A stretch of 64,000 bases of DNA from the NCBI GenBank assembly GCA_910578585.1, contig CAJTRG010000007.1, positions 25,350 through 89,349 on the forward strand. The letters are read 5' to 3'. Shown here piece after piece: positions 45,429 to 54,689 of the stretch. This DNA comes from an uncultured Mailhella sp. Its GTDB lineage: Bacteria; Desulfobacterota; Desulfovibrionia; Desulfovibrionales; Desulfovibrionaceae. The translations under genes and the position numbers were made by a program. Every line of letters begins with the position of its first letter. Within the stretch, counting starts at the first letter, position 1. Below the pieces are notes generated by a model, which was given only the letters and a program-made list of their open reading frames with translations, was not told where the DNA came from and ran no database searches.

Positions 45429-46562
45429 ATGAATTTTACCTTTAACAATCCTGTCAATGTTCTTTTTGGCAGCGGCAAAATCAATCTTGTAGGCGAAGAA
45501 TGTAAGAAATTCGGCACAAAAGCCCTGATTGTCACCGGTGCAAACAGCACTAAGAAAAGCGGACTTCTGCAAAAAGTACAAGACCTTTTGGCAAAGGAAA
45601 ATATCACAAGTCTGGTTGCTGATAATATTCCCCAAAACCCTACCACTGATGCGGTTATGCAGGCAGCAAAATTTGCCCGTGACAATAACTGCGATATGGT
45701 CATTGGTCTTGGCGGCGGCTCTTCTTTGGACGCTTCCAAAGCTATTGCGTTTATGGCTAAACATGAAGGCCATGTCAGCGAATATATCCTTGCAAAACGC
45801 ACCACCAACGGCACTTGCCTGCCTGTGATTGCCATTCCAACCACCTGCGGCACGGGCTCTGAAGCAGACTGCTTTGCTGTGCTCAACGACAATACCACCA
45901 ACGACAAACGCACTTTGCGCCAAATTATCACCATGCCAAAGGTTTCCATTGTTGACCCTGACCTTATGCAAACCATGCCGGAAAAGGTGCTTCGTTCTGT
46001 TATGTTTGACGCATTCTGCCACAACCTTGAAGGCTATATTTCCCGCCATGCAAGCCCCATTTCTGAAATGTTTTCCTTAAAAGGCGTTGAACTTTTTGCA
46101 AAGTATATGCCTGTTATCATTAAAGATGCACAGAACAAAGAAGCTTGGGATGCCATCTGTCTTGCCAGCACCTTTGGCGGATTTTCCTTGCAAAGCGCAG
46201 GCGGAACAGCTGTTCATGGCATTGAACACCCTGTCAGCGGTCTGCGCAATGTTGTGCACGGCAAGGGTCTTGCAGCTGTGATTATTCCTGTGTATGAAAA
46301 AACGATTTCCCATTTCCCTGAAAAGTTTGCCACTCTTTCCAAACTCATTGGCGGCACAAGCGAAAAAGATTTTCTTGAACAAATTGAAAAAATCAAAAAT
46401 ACGCTTGGTCTCACTGACAGACTCAGCGATTTGGGAGTAAAGGAAGAAGATCTTCCATGGCTTGCTAAAAATGCTTTGGAAGTTTCCAAAACCTTGCTTT
46501 CCAACCACCCACTTTCTTATACAGAACAGGAAATCCTGGAAATGTATAAAAAAGCCTTCTAA
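45429..46562 (+). CDS. iron-containing (group III) alcohol dehydrogenase
   Basis: GLGGGSSLDASKA and the histidine-rich metal site (HNLEGY...HGIEHP). 377 aa. Confidence 0.88.
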   Translation: MNFTFNNPVNVLFGSGKINLVGEECKKFGTKALIVTGANSTKKSGLLQKVQDLLAKENITSLVADNIPQNPTTDAVMQAAKFARDNNCDMVIGLGGGSSLDASKAIAFMAKHEGHVSEYILAKRTTNGTCLPVIAIPTTCGTGSEADCFAVLNDNTTNDKRTLRQIITMPKVSIVDPDLMQTMPEKVLRSVMFDAFCHNLEGYISRHASPISEMFSLKGVELFAKYMPVIIKDAQNKEAWDAICLASTFGGFSLQSAGGTAVHGIEHPVSGLRNVVHGKGLAAVIIPVYEKTISHFPEKFATLSKLIGGTSEKDFLEQIEKIKNTLGLTDRLSDLGVKEEDLPWLAKNALEVSKTLLSNHPLSYTEQEILEMYKKAF

Positions 46563-46563
46563 T

Positions 46564-47418
46564 ATGCTGATCAAAAGCGGCTATAAAATCAATCTCGGCT
46601 TAAAAATACTGGATAAAAGAGAAGATGGGTATCATAATTTGAAAACCGTCTTCTATCCTTTATCCATGCCATACGACGAAATCAGCATTGAAAAAATTGA
46701 AGAACCCCATGTGGAATTTTCCTGCAATATTCCTGATATCGATCCGCAAAAGAATACTCTCACCAAGGCCTATGCCATTTTTCAAAGCTATTATCCCCTT
46801 GATTTTGGTTTGAAAATCCATCTTAAAAAAGGCATTCCCCACGGTGCCGGCCTTGGCGGCGGTTCTGCCAATGGTGCAGAAGTTCTCAAATATCTGCACG
46901 AACAAACCAATAAGGATCTGCCCTTTTCTGCCCTTTGTGAAATGGCAGCTAAAATTGGGGCAGATGTTCCATATTTTCTTCATAATACCCCTTGCCTTGG
47001 AGAAGGAATTGGTGAAAAACTTACCCCTGTACAACTTGATTTAAGTCAATATTTTCTGCTGGTTATTATGCCTGATATTCAAATTCCCACTCCCTGGGCA
47101 TTTAAAAAATTGGCAGAGCAAAAAAAATTATTGACAAGCAAAAAAGAACAAGATAATAAAGCTCGTTCTGAGTTTTTAGGGAATGCGTATTTATATAACG
47201 ACTTTGAACAAGTGGTTTTTGAAGAATATAAACTGCTTGCAAAAACCAAGGAAATCCTTTTGCAGGAAAAAGCAGTTTTTGCTTCCCTAAGCGGCACTGG
47301 CTCAGCACTGTATGCTTTTTTTGCCCATAAAAGCGATCAAGAGCACGCGGTGAACCACCTCAAAGAGCAAGACTTTTTTCTAAGCTGGAACTATGCAATC
47401 GTTCCGGCAGCTCATTGA
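46564..47418 (+). CDS. ispE: 4-diphosphocytidyl-2-C-methyl-D-erythritol kinase
   Basis: KINLGLKILDKREDGYH and the GHMP motif GIPHGAGLGGGSANGA. The ATG lies 1 nt after the ADH stop. Confidence 0.88.
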   Translation: MLIKSGYKINLGLKILDKREDGYHNLKTVFYPLSMPYDEISIEKIEEPHVEFSCNIPDIDPQKNTLTKAYAIFQSYYPLDFGLKIHLKKGIPHGAGLGGGSANGAEVLKYLHEQTNKDLPFSALCEMAAKIGADVPYFLHNTPCLGEGIGEKLTPVQLDLSQYFLLVIMPDIQIPTPWAFKKLAEQKKLLTSKKEQDNKARSEFLGNAYLYNDFEQVVFEEYKLLAKTKEILLQEKAVFASLSGTGSALYAFFAHKSDQEHAVNHLKEQDFFLSWNYAIVPAAH

Positions 47419-47446
47419 AAAAAATTAAATTTTCTGAAAATTTAAC

Positions 47447-47475
47447 TTGCCAATGCAATTGAGATTGTGTAGAGT
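47447..47475 (+). promoter_or_regulatory. sigma-70-like promoter for tRNA-Gln (and possibly prs)
   Basis: TTGCCA (47447-47452), a 17-nt spacer, then TAGAGT (47470-47475), 16 nt before the tRNA. Confidence 0.4.
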
Positions 47476-47490
47476 GTACTTCTAATTTGT

Positions 47491-47565
47491 TGGGATGTCG
47501 CCAAGCGGTAAGGCAGCGGGTTTTGGTTCCGCCATTCAGAGGTTCAAATCCTCTCATCCCAGCCA
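47491..47565 (+). tRNA. tRNA-Gln (anticodon TTG), CCA encoded
   Basis: Acceptor TGGGATG/CATCCCA, anticodon stem GCGGG/TCCGC with loop TTTTGGT, T loop GGTTCAAATCC. Length 75 nt. Confidence 0.93.
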
Positions 47566-47600
47566 TTTTTTTTTGTTCAACACGAAACAAGGATTTTATC

Positions 47601-48539
47601 ATGTACGGTGATATGAAAATTCTTACAGGTACTGCTAATCCTCAATTAGCAAAAGATATTTGTGACCACCTTGGCTGCTCATTAACAAATGTGTTAACTT
47701 CTGAATTCAGCGATGGTGAACTTCGTGTTGAAATTATTGACAGCGTTCGCGGACAGGATGTGTTCGTTGTTCAGCCAACCTGCTCTCCAGCCAACAAAAA
47801 TCTGGTTCAGTTATGCCTGATTATTGATGCGCTGAAACGTGCAAGTGCCGGACGTATTACCGCTGTTGTTCCCTATTTTGGTTATGCTCGCCAAGATAGA
47901 AAGGTTAGCCCAAGAGCTCCTATCAGTGCAAAGCTTGTATCTGACTTTATCAGTGTTGCAGGCGCTCAGCGTGTTGTTACCGTTGATTTGCACGCAGGAC
48001 AAATTCAAGGCTTCTTCAACTGCCCTGTTGATAACCTTTATGCAGCTCCTGTATTACTCAATAGCTTATCCCATATCAAAGGTGATTTGGTTATTGTTTC
48101 TCCTGATGCAGGTGGTGTGGAAAGAGCAAGAAGTTTTGCAAAAAAAGTAAACGCAGGTCTTGCGATTATTGATAAACGCCGTGATCGTCCAAATCAGGCA
48201 ACCGCTACCCACGTTATCGGTGATGTAGAAGGCAAAATTGCTATTTTGGTCGATGATATCATTGACACCGCCGGCACAATTTGTGCTGCTACCAATGTTT
48301 TATTGGAAAATGGTGCAACAGAAGTTCATGCATGTGCAACCCACGCTGTTTTGTCAGGCCCGGCACTCGAACGCTTAAACGATGCTCCTTTCAAATCAGT
48401 GCTTGTTACTGATACTATTCCTCTTGAGGAAAAATTGGATAAATGTCCAAAACTTCAAGTAGCAAGTATTGCAAGTCTTTTGGCAAAAAGTATTCGTAAT
48501 ATTCACGACGGCGCGTCCGTAAGTGCCTTGTTTAACTAA
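47601..48539 (+). CDS. prs: ribose-phosphate pyrophosphokinase
   Basis: [24 protein letters not shown] and the PRPP loop [10 protein letters not shown]. The ORF-track start at 47487 overlaps the tRNA and is rejected. Confidence 0.93.
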   Translation: MYGDMKILTGTANPQLAKDICDHLGCSLTNVLTSEFSDGELRVEIIDSVRGQDVFVVQPTCSPANKNLVQLCLIIDALKRASAGRITAVVPYFGYARQDRKVSPRAPISAKLVSDFISVAGAQRVVTVDLHAGQIQGFFNCPVDNLYAAPVLLNSLSHIKGDLVIVSPDAGGVERARSFAKKVNAGLAIIDKRRDRPNQATATHVIGDVEGKIAILVDDIIDTAGTICAATNVLLENGATEVHACATHAVLSGPALERLNDAPFKSVLVTDTIPLEEKLDKCPKLQVASIASLLAKSIRNIHDGASVSALFN

Positions 48540-48595
48540 TACTACTTTATATATATGAAGCCTCGCATGAGGCGTAGTACACTAAGGAGATAACC

Positions 48596-49192
48596 ATGTC
48601 AGAAATGAAAACACTTTCAGTGCAAAAACGTGATACCCTTGGAAAAGGATCTGCCCGTCGTTTGCGTGAAGAAGCTATTGTACCTGCGGTGTACTATGCG
48701 CCCGATGGAAAAAATATTTTAGTTCAAGTTGCACTCAACCCACTGAACAAAGTATATGAACAAGTTGGTCGCACGAACGTTTTCAATCTTGAAATTGTTG
48801 ATAACGGTTCAAAAACAACTCATCCGGTATTCATTTGGGATGCTCAATATCATCCTGTAAAAAATACCTTTACTCACGTTGACTTTTACGGTGTTGACCT
48901 TGATAAAGAACTCAAAGTAAAAGTACGTTTACGCTTTGTTGGCACTGCTAAAGGTGTAAAAGTTGGCGGCAGAATGGAAGTTTACCGCGAAGAAGTTACC
49001 CTTGTTGCAAAACCTCAAGATATGCCAAGAATTGTTGATGTTGATGTAACTGATTTTGATATCAACACCAACCTCCGCGCTTCTGAACTCAAACTTCCTG
49101 AAGGTGTGAGAGTTGATTATAAATCAGACTTCTCTATCCTCACCATTATCAGTAAGGAAAAAGCTGCTAAAGAAGCCGGCGAAGAATTATAG
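48596..49192 (+). CDS. rplY: 50S ribosomal protein L25 / general stress protein Ctc
   Basis: The 198-aa long (Ctc) form in the conserved prs-rplY neighbourhood, with an AAGGAG Shine-Dalgarno. Confidence 0.85.
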   Translation: MSEMKTLSVQKRDTLGKGSARRLREEAIVPAVYYAPDGKNILVQVALNPLNKVYEQVGRTNVFNLEIVDNGSKTTHPVFIWDAQYHPVKNTFTHVDFYGVDLDKELKVKVRLRFVGTAKGVKVGGRMEVYREEVTLVAKPQDMPRIVDVDVTDFDINTNLRASELKLPEGVRVDYKSDFSILTIISKEKAAKEAGEEL

Positions 49193-49217
49193 TTTGCAAA
49201 TTTACATTGCGATATAG

Positions 49218-49260
49218 AAAATCCCCAGTATTATTCAAAAATAATGCTGGGGATTTTTTT
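49218..49260 (+). terminator. rho-independent terminator after rplY
   Basis: AAAATCCCCAGtATTATT-caaaa-AATAATgCTGGGGATTTT followed by TTT. Confidence 0.8.
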
Positions 49261-49521
49261 GTTTTTATTGTTCTGCACACAAGTTCTGACAGGTGCTGTT
49301 TTTTATATCTGAGCAAGGGTTGGCACTGAACTTTTTTAGTGAGCATATTTTTTTACCCGCCCCACCCTGAAAAGCATGACTTTTACTTTTAGACCGCAAT
49401 TCAATGCATCATTGTACGCATTTCCCTCAACCTTCATCAAAAAATTTACTGTTATACCAGAAATAAATTTCTCCCAAGAATTACACACAATCAAACTTGC
49501 TATGCTATATTTTTCACAATT

Positions 49522-49550
49522 TTGACCTTATCAACCCGCTGTGCTATATT
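49522..49550 (+). promoter_or_regulatory. sigma-70-like promoter of the diguanylate cyclase gene
   Basis: TTGACC (49522-49527), a 17-nt spacer, then TATATT (49545-49550). The direct repeat TGCTATATTTTT occurs at 49502 and 49541. Confidence 0.45.
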
Positions 49551-49585
49551 TTTAAATATTTATTAACTTTGCAAAGGTCGTTCTC

Positions 49586-50923
49586 ATGCTTCCAGTTGGT
49601 TTTATTTCAAGACGCAGTATTACTCTACTTTGCGTTTTATTGATTTTAAGCAGTATTGCCAGTTATTTTCTGGTTCAGCGCAAATTCCAGATTGAATATA
49701 ACAAAATGGAAATGGTTATTTTGAACCAAAGCAACAAAATTACCAATGTTCTTTCAAAACTTCTTTATAAAACTCAAGCCCTTGCTTCACTCATTATTCA
49801 AAATAACGGTGAAATCGTCAATTTTGAAAAAACTGCCATTGCCATGGTGGACGATCCGGCTATTCTCAACTTGCTTCTTGCACCAAACGGAATAGTCACA
49901 GATGTTTACCCTCGTGAAGGTAATGAAGCTGTTATTGGTTTAAATTTCTTTTCCAAAGGGGCAGGTAACCTTGAAGCACTGCAAGCGCAAAAATCCAGAC
50001 AAATGGTTTTAGGCGGGCCTTTCCCTCTTGTACAGGGAGGTGAAGCGCTTGTCGGTCGTTTACCTATCTATCTTGACGCTGAAAATGGCGAAAAACGCTT
50101 TTGGGGTTTGGTTTCTGTTACCCTGAAATTTCCGCAGGCTTTAGACGGTGCTGAACTTGATACCCTGCAGGAACGCGGGCTTGCCTATCAAATGTGGCGC
50201 ATAAGCCCGGACACAGATAAAAAACAAGTTATTGCCAGTAGTCCAGCCTATAACAGCGAAACGCCCTATATTGAAATGCCTTTACAAATTCTCAATGCTC
50301 AATGGTTTTTCCGTATTTCACCTATCAAATTTTGGTATGAATACGTAGAATCCTGGCTCTACATTATTATTGGCATTGTAGGCAGTCTTTTCATTACAGC
50401 CCTCGTCCAGCATGCTCAGGATCTTGGCAGAATCCGCCGTCAGCTGGAAGATATTGTTTTTACAGATCCGCTGACAGGTCTGCTCAATCGGCGCGGCCTT
50501 TTTGATACACTGGACGCACTTATTCAAACAAATAAAAAATTTTACCTCTGCTACCTGGATCTGAATAAGTTCAAATTTATCAATGATACCTACGGACATA
50601 CTATCGGCGATAATGTTCTGCGCTTCTTCACCAATGAAGTGCAGCGCCTGACCCAGTCCATGCCCAATACATTTGCGCGTATGGGCGGTGATGAATTTAT
50701 CATTGTATTTAAAGACGATATATCAGAAGAAGAAATTACCAATGCATTTTCAGTAATCCATACTTCTTTGCAGACAGCAAAAATCGTCAGCGACGATCAA
50801 TTCAAAATTTCCTTTAGCATAGGTATGGCACAATATCCCCGCGACGGCAAAACTGTTGATGACCTTATCAACCATGCCGATAAGAATATGTATATGCATA
50901 AGCAAGCCGGAAGAAATAAGTAA
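49586..50923 (+). CDS. CHASE-domain sensor diguanylate cyclase (GGDEF)
   Basis: Two TM helices flank a periplasmic CHASE-like domain (LLAPNGIVTDVYP...LVGRLPIY). The C-terminal GGDEF domain carries an intact RMGGDEF, and no RxxD I-site sits five residues upstream. Confidence 0.85.
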   Translation: MLPVGFISRRSITLLCVLLILSSIASYFLVQRKFQIEYNKMEMVILNQSNKITNVLSKLLYKTQALASLIIQNNGEIVNFEKTAIAMVDDPAILNLLLAPNGIVTDVYPREGNEAVIGLNFFSKGAGNLEALQAQKSRQMVLGGPFPLVQGGEALVGRLPIYLDAENGEKRFWGLVSVTLKFPQALDGAELDTLQERGLAYQMWRISPDTDKKQVIASSPAYNSETPYIEMPLQILNAQWFFRISPIKFWYEYVESWLYIIIGIVGSLFITALVQHAQDLGRIRRQLEDIVFTDPLTGLLNRRGLFDTLDALIQTNKKFYLCYLDLNKFKFINDTYGHTIGDNVLRFFTNEVQRLTQSMPNTFARMGGDEFIIVFKDDISEEEITNAFSVIHTSLQTAKIVSDDQFKISFSIGMAQYPRDGKTVDDLINHADKNMYMHKQAGRNK

Positions 50924-50964
50924 ATTACTTTTTCAGCGCAGGTATAAAGAAATCATTTTAAAAG

Positions 50965-50994
50965 AAAAAGCCCATGATACACATGGGCTTTTTT
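50965..50994 (+). terminator. rho-independent terminator
   Basis: AAAAAGCCCATG-ataca-CATGGGCTTTTT. Confidence 0.8.
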
Positions 50995-51120
50995 CAATTA
51001 AAAACACTGTTAATCCCAAAAAGACTCCATTAACCGCCACCCCGGTGAATGGAGTACTATTAAAAAATTCTGCCTGCAATGAGCGAAAAAACTCACTCAG
51101 CAAAAATTTTAACCGTTTTT

Positions 51121-51531
51121 TCAACTGGCTGCAACACTGTTTGCCAGTCTTTCCAGCAGCGTATTAATTTTACCTAACACTTCCATATTGGGATCCAGTT
51201 CAAAACGTTCAGCAAGCCAAGCCGGTGAATTCCAGCTTAATATAACGCCGTCCGGGCTTTTCCAAAGTAAAAATTTAAGCGGCAAATCCAAAGCAATTTC
51301 CGGATTTGCCTGCATTAATCCTGTTCCTACCGCAGGATTGCCAAAAATAAGCACACGCGCATCAGTCATATCCAAACCGATCTGCACAGCATTGACTTTA
51401 TGATCAATTACAGCAAATACAGGAATTTTTGCGGCATTAATACCATCCAGTAAACGTTTCCAAACATCTTCAAAATCGCCGTCTATTTTTTTTCGGATTA
51501 TTCCATTTTGTGTATCAGTCAGCATAAGCAT
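51121..51531 (-). CDS. DUF302 domain protein
   Basis: VFAVIDH...ARVLIFGNPAVGTGLM...ALDLPLKFLLW matches the DUF302 pattern. Strong AAGGAGA Shine-Dalgarno. Confidence 0.75.
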   Translation of the reverse strand: MLMLTDTQNGIIRKKIDGDFEDVWKRLLDGINAAKIPVFAVIDHKVNAVQIGLDMTDARVLIFGNPAVGTGLMQANPEIALDLPLKFLLWKSPDGVILSWNSPAWLAERFELDPNMEVLGKINTLLERLANSVAAS

Positions 51532-51980
51532 TCTCCTTCTTGCTAAACATCTATATCAATTTATAAGAAAAATCAAACTTGATATAACTATAATTTCTTC
51601 AAGGTTAAATAAATATAAAAAAAGTTTCTAGTGCCACAATCTATATTCTATGCATTATTTTCTAGCTTGGGGATTTCACTCTTTGAAAGCGATGAGTGAA
51701 ACGAATTGCTGAAAAAGTGTTAAATAGGGGTAAGTACGGGGGTGCAAGAGGTGAGAGTTAGGGGACGAAAATCCCCTATTGCTTACCACCCTGCAAAAAG
51801 AGTTATGGGGATAGCCCATTAATAATATTGTAATAAAAATAATTAAAAAATCTCTCTTTATTAAAAAGTGGGCATATGGGGGAAAATTTTTCCCACATTG
51901 AAATCCGAATAATCTTTTAGGTCTGTTGTCGTATCCGTAAGCCAACAAGTTGGCAACGGCTACTGACAAAAAAAGCCCCC

Positions 51981-52088
51981 GAAAAAGCAAGCAATACCTG
52001 TGGTCTTGTTTTTTCGAGGACAAGAACTTTTTAACTTGCTGTAAGCTAACATGGCTTCGCCATGCTAACAGCAAGTAAAAAAGCCCCC
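51981..52088. repeat. 108-nt structured repeat element, copy B
   Basis: gaaaaagcaag...taaaaaagccccc. It is flanked on both sides by aaaaaagccccc (51969-51980 and 52077-52088) and is homologous to 37651-37760. Confidence 0.7.
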
Positions 52089-52104
52089 TTGAGGGAAAGG
52101 GGGC
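52075..52104 (-). terminator. candidate rho-independent terminator about 220 nt downstream of flgE
   Basis: The minus strand reads AGCCCCC-tttccctcaa-GGGGGCT followed by TTTTTT. Confidence 0.5.
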
Positions 52105-52324
52105 TAAAGAGCGAGTTGAGGGAAAACTCATAGTTGGTATGCAAGGAAGAAGCGTTATTGCTTCAAAATATTTTTATCTGCCGGCGGGCAAGCAATTGAA
52201 TGTCCCGCTGATATACAATCATTATCTTTTTCTATGATAACAATTTCAAGGCAGAAAAATAAGCGAGTTGGAAATTTTTTCTTATGTATCAGCCGGATAA
52301 TCCAGCTGATACACGGTTTAGTTA

Positions 52325-54607
52325 TTATCTCTTCATGTTGATAACAGTTTCAAGCATGGTATCAACAGTTGTAACCATCTTACTGTTTGATTGGTAACCG
52401 CGTTGTGTTGAAATCATATACACAAATTCAGTTGCCATATCAACGTTGGATTGTTCAAGGGTATAACTTGCAATATTGCCTAAACCGCTGTTGCCTGCGG
52501 CTCCCATTTTGGGATAACCGGAAGCTCTTGTTTCAGAGTAAAGGTTATTGCCTTCACGGCGCAGACCTTGGGTATTCACAAAATCATACATGGTAATTTG
52601 CCAAAGTGGAAGAGTTACGCCGTTTGAGTAAATACCGTTCAGGATACCGTCAGCGTCTACTTCCCAGCTGGTAAGGTCACCGAAACCATAACCGTCTTGT
52701 GCGTTGGAACTTGAGAATGCACCGTCAAGGTTGGTGGAAGCATATGCTTCAATAATAGCCGGTTCTGTAAAGTCAGCTAAAAGATTGGCATTAGCAGGAT
52801 CTGCTGCTGAATACATATACAAGTTCTTTGGAGAAGCTTTATTGACAGCATTTTGCAGTGCATTTGATATAGCTCCCAGCGTCCCAGGATCAGTAAGACT
52901 GATATCTACGCCGATAGTAGCAGCTGTTCCGTCAGCAAGTGTTGCTGTTCCGTTTTTCAAATCAATGGTAATATCTTGGGTTGCAGGATTGCCTGCGTTA
53001 TCAAGATAATTGGCAGCTTTCACCTTTATGGTGTCAACATTATATAATTCAAGGGTTCTCCAAATATCAGCAGCAGTAACGGGAGTTGTCGTGCCTTTAT
53101 AGTTAATAACAGCGTTGGCATCACCTTGAACGGCATTGATTAAGTTAGTCGTATCTGCTGGTAAAGTCCACATACTGAGTCCGCTGACATCATAACGACC
53201 GGTATTTATGTTCCACTTGTCGTCTAATGAAGCATCATACGTTGGATTCAGGAGAATGAATTCTGAACCGGTTGTGGGGTCGTTTGCCTTATATCCATTA
53301 TTGTAAATATAGGCATCAACGTTGAGGTCGGCGAGACTGCCTTGGGAAGACCAGGGTTGGGAAAGGTTGCTTGCGCGAAGACCGAAGTTGATTTCCGTAT
53401 TGTATTTTGCGCCGTTTTGAGTTCCGGAAGTTTGAGCATCCAAAATACCGCTGAAGTTCGGAACAATAATAGGATAACCGCTGCTTGAAACAGGAGCAGG
53501 TTCCCAGTTATTCAAATCGCTTGGATCAAGGCTGATAACATTCAAATCCGCCAATCCGCCTGCGGGGTCCGGAACAGCCTGATAAGAGCCGGGAGAACTT
53601 TCAGGAGTTCTTGTTCCTCCCCATGTATAGGCTGATTGGTTGACAATAGCACCGGCTGAGTTAAAGGTCAGGGTACCAGCCATGAGCATACCGCCGGCTT
53701 TTGTTTCATTCACATTTCTCAATTCACCGGTAACGGTATCAAAGAATTGTCTTTTATCTTCAGCCGGATCCATGGTGACAATATATTCCCAAATTTCTTC
53801 GCCGGAAGAACCTCCTTCATAGTCAGTGCTGGAAACCTTATCAAAATATACAGTAATGGTATGCTTTACACCGGCTTCATCATAAACCTTCATGGAAGTT
53901 TGTTCTGCATAGGAAGTTTGAGCAATAGCAGGTTCATTATCAGCACGTTCTGTTTCGTTGCCGTTCCATTGCTTAAAGAGAGCTGCAAAGGGGTTTTCGG
54001 TATTGACAGCATTATCGCCGCCGGATTTTGGAAGCTGAACCTTGAAGTCCATCTTTGTTGTTTGCTGCGGGAAAACAGTAAAGGTATCAAGCTGAATATC
54101 AGTAGGAACACCTGAACCTTTGATTGGAGAAGTTGAACCGTTTGATGATGAGTTAACAGCTTGAGCGTTACCGCCGGTTGCCTGCATAACGCCGCCGGAG
54201 TTATCAATTCTCCAGCCTTGCAGACAGAAACCGTTAGGGTCTTTCAAATAACCTTCCTTATCAAAAGTAAAGTTACCGGCTCTTGTATAATAGGTTTCAT
54301 CAGAACCAACAGCCTGCACCTGGAAAAAGCCCTTGCCTTCAATAGCGAGGTCAGTTGCGTTGGTAGTATTTTCAAAAGGTCCCTGGCTGAAGTTGCCAAT
54401 AATGGTACCAATCTTTACACCGCGGCCGATTTGGGTTTGACCTGCCAGACTGTGTGCATCCTGATAGACAAAGTCAGCGAAGTCCATGCGCTGGCTTTTG
54501 AAACCTACTGTATTTACGTTGGCAAGGTTGTTACCAACAACGTTCATCTTTTCACCGTGAGCTAAAAGACCGGAAACGCTGGTCCATAAAGTTGCAGTTA
54601 CGCTCAT
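52325..54607 (-). CDS. flgE: flagellar hook protein FlgE (long form)
   Basis: The N-terminus is LWTSVSGLLAHGEKMNVVGNNLANVNTVGFK and the C-terminus is LEQSNVDMATEFVYMISTQRGYQSNSKMVTTVDTMLETVINMKR. 760 aa with a large central insertion. Confidence 0.95.
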   Translation of the reverse strand: MSVTATLWTSVSGLLAHGEKMNVVGNNLANVNTVGFKSQRMDFADFVYQDAHSLAGQTQIGRGVKIGTIIGNFSQGPFENTTNATDLAIEGKGFFQVQAVGSDETYYTRAGNFTFDKEGYLKDPNGFCLQGWRIDNSGGVMQATGGNAQAVNSSSNGSTSPIKGSGVPTDIQLDTFTVFPQQTTKMDFKVQLPKSGGDNAVNTENPFAALFKQWNGNETERADNEPAIAQTSYAEQTSMKVYDEAGVKHTITVYFDKVSSTDYEGGSSGEEIWEYIVTMDPAEDKRQFFDTVTGELRNVNETKAGGMLMAGTLTFNSAGAIVNQSAYTWGGTRTPESSPGSYQAVPDPAGGLADLNVISLDPSDLNNWEPAPVSSSGYPIIVPNFSGILDAQTSGTQNGAKYNTEINFGLRASNLSQPWSSQGSLADLNVDAYIYNNGYKANDPTTGSEFILLNPTYDASLDDKWNINTGRYDVSGLSMWTLPADTTNLINAVQGDANAVINYKGTTTPVTAADIWRTLELYNVDTIKVKAANYLDNAGNPATQDITIDLKNGTATLADGTAATIGVDISLTDPGTLGAISNALQNAVNKASPKNLYMYSAADPANANLLADFTEPAIIEAYASTNLDGAFSSSNAQDGYGFGDLTSWEVDADGILNGIYSNGVTLPLWQITMYDFVNTQGLRREGNNLYSETRASGYPKMGAAGNSGLGNIASYTLEQSNVDMATEFVYMISTQRGYQSNSKMVTTVDTMLETVINMKR

Positions 54608-54689
54608 AAAAATTCTCCTTACCTTGCAATATGTATCTATCCCCTCAGATAGATATTTTGTTTGTAATAAATTTTAATTGAGTTGACGC

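Noticed and set aside
45369-46049. 226-aa and 205-aa minus-strand ORFs antisense to the Fe-ADH gene
   Set aside because: They are fully embedded antisense to a strongly supported CDS and have unusual composition. They are typical shadow ORFs. The same applies to 18449-19135 (antisense to NSS), 20193-20873 and 22353-22924 (antisense to addB), 8368-8778 (antisense to the EF-G paralog) and 11033-11560 (antisense to the TAXI receptor).
49319-49340. TGGCAC-N5-TTTTT upstream of the diguanylate cyclase gene, as a second sigma-54 promoter
   Set aside because: The -12 element lacks the essential GC dinucleotide. A reasonable sigma-70 promoter lies closer to the gene.
51700-52100. Possibility that the structured spacer encodes RNase P RNA, SRP RNA, or a group II intron domain V
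   Set aside because: The universally conserved motifs I looked for on both strands are absent: GGAAAGTCCGG-type P4 for RNase P, the GGAAGCAGCC-type SRP domain IV, and the AGCCGTAT...ACGGTTC domain V pattern.
51676-52131. 151-aa minus-strand ORF in the flgE-DUF302 spacer
   Set aside because: The ORF is low-complexity, has no Shine-Dalgarno, and is built largely from the repeat element and G/C-run hairpins. A homologous DNA repeat at 37651-37760 is not in any matching frame.
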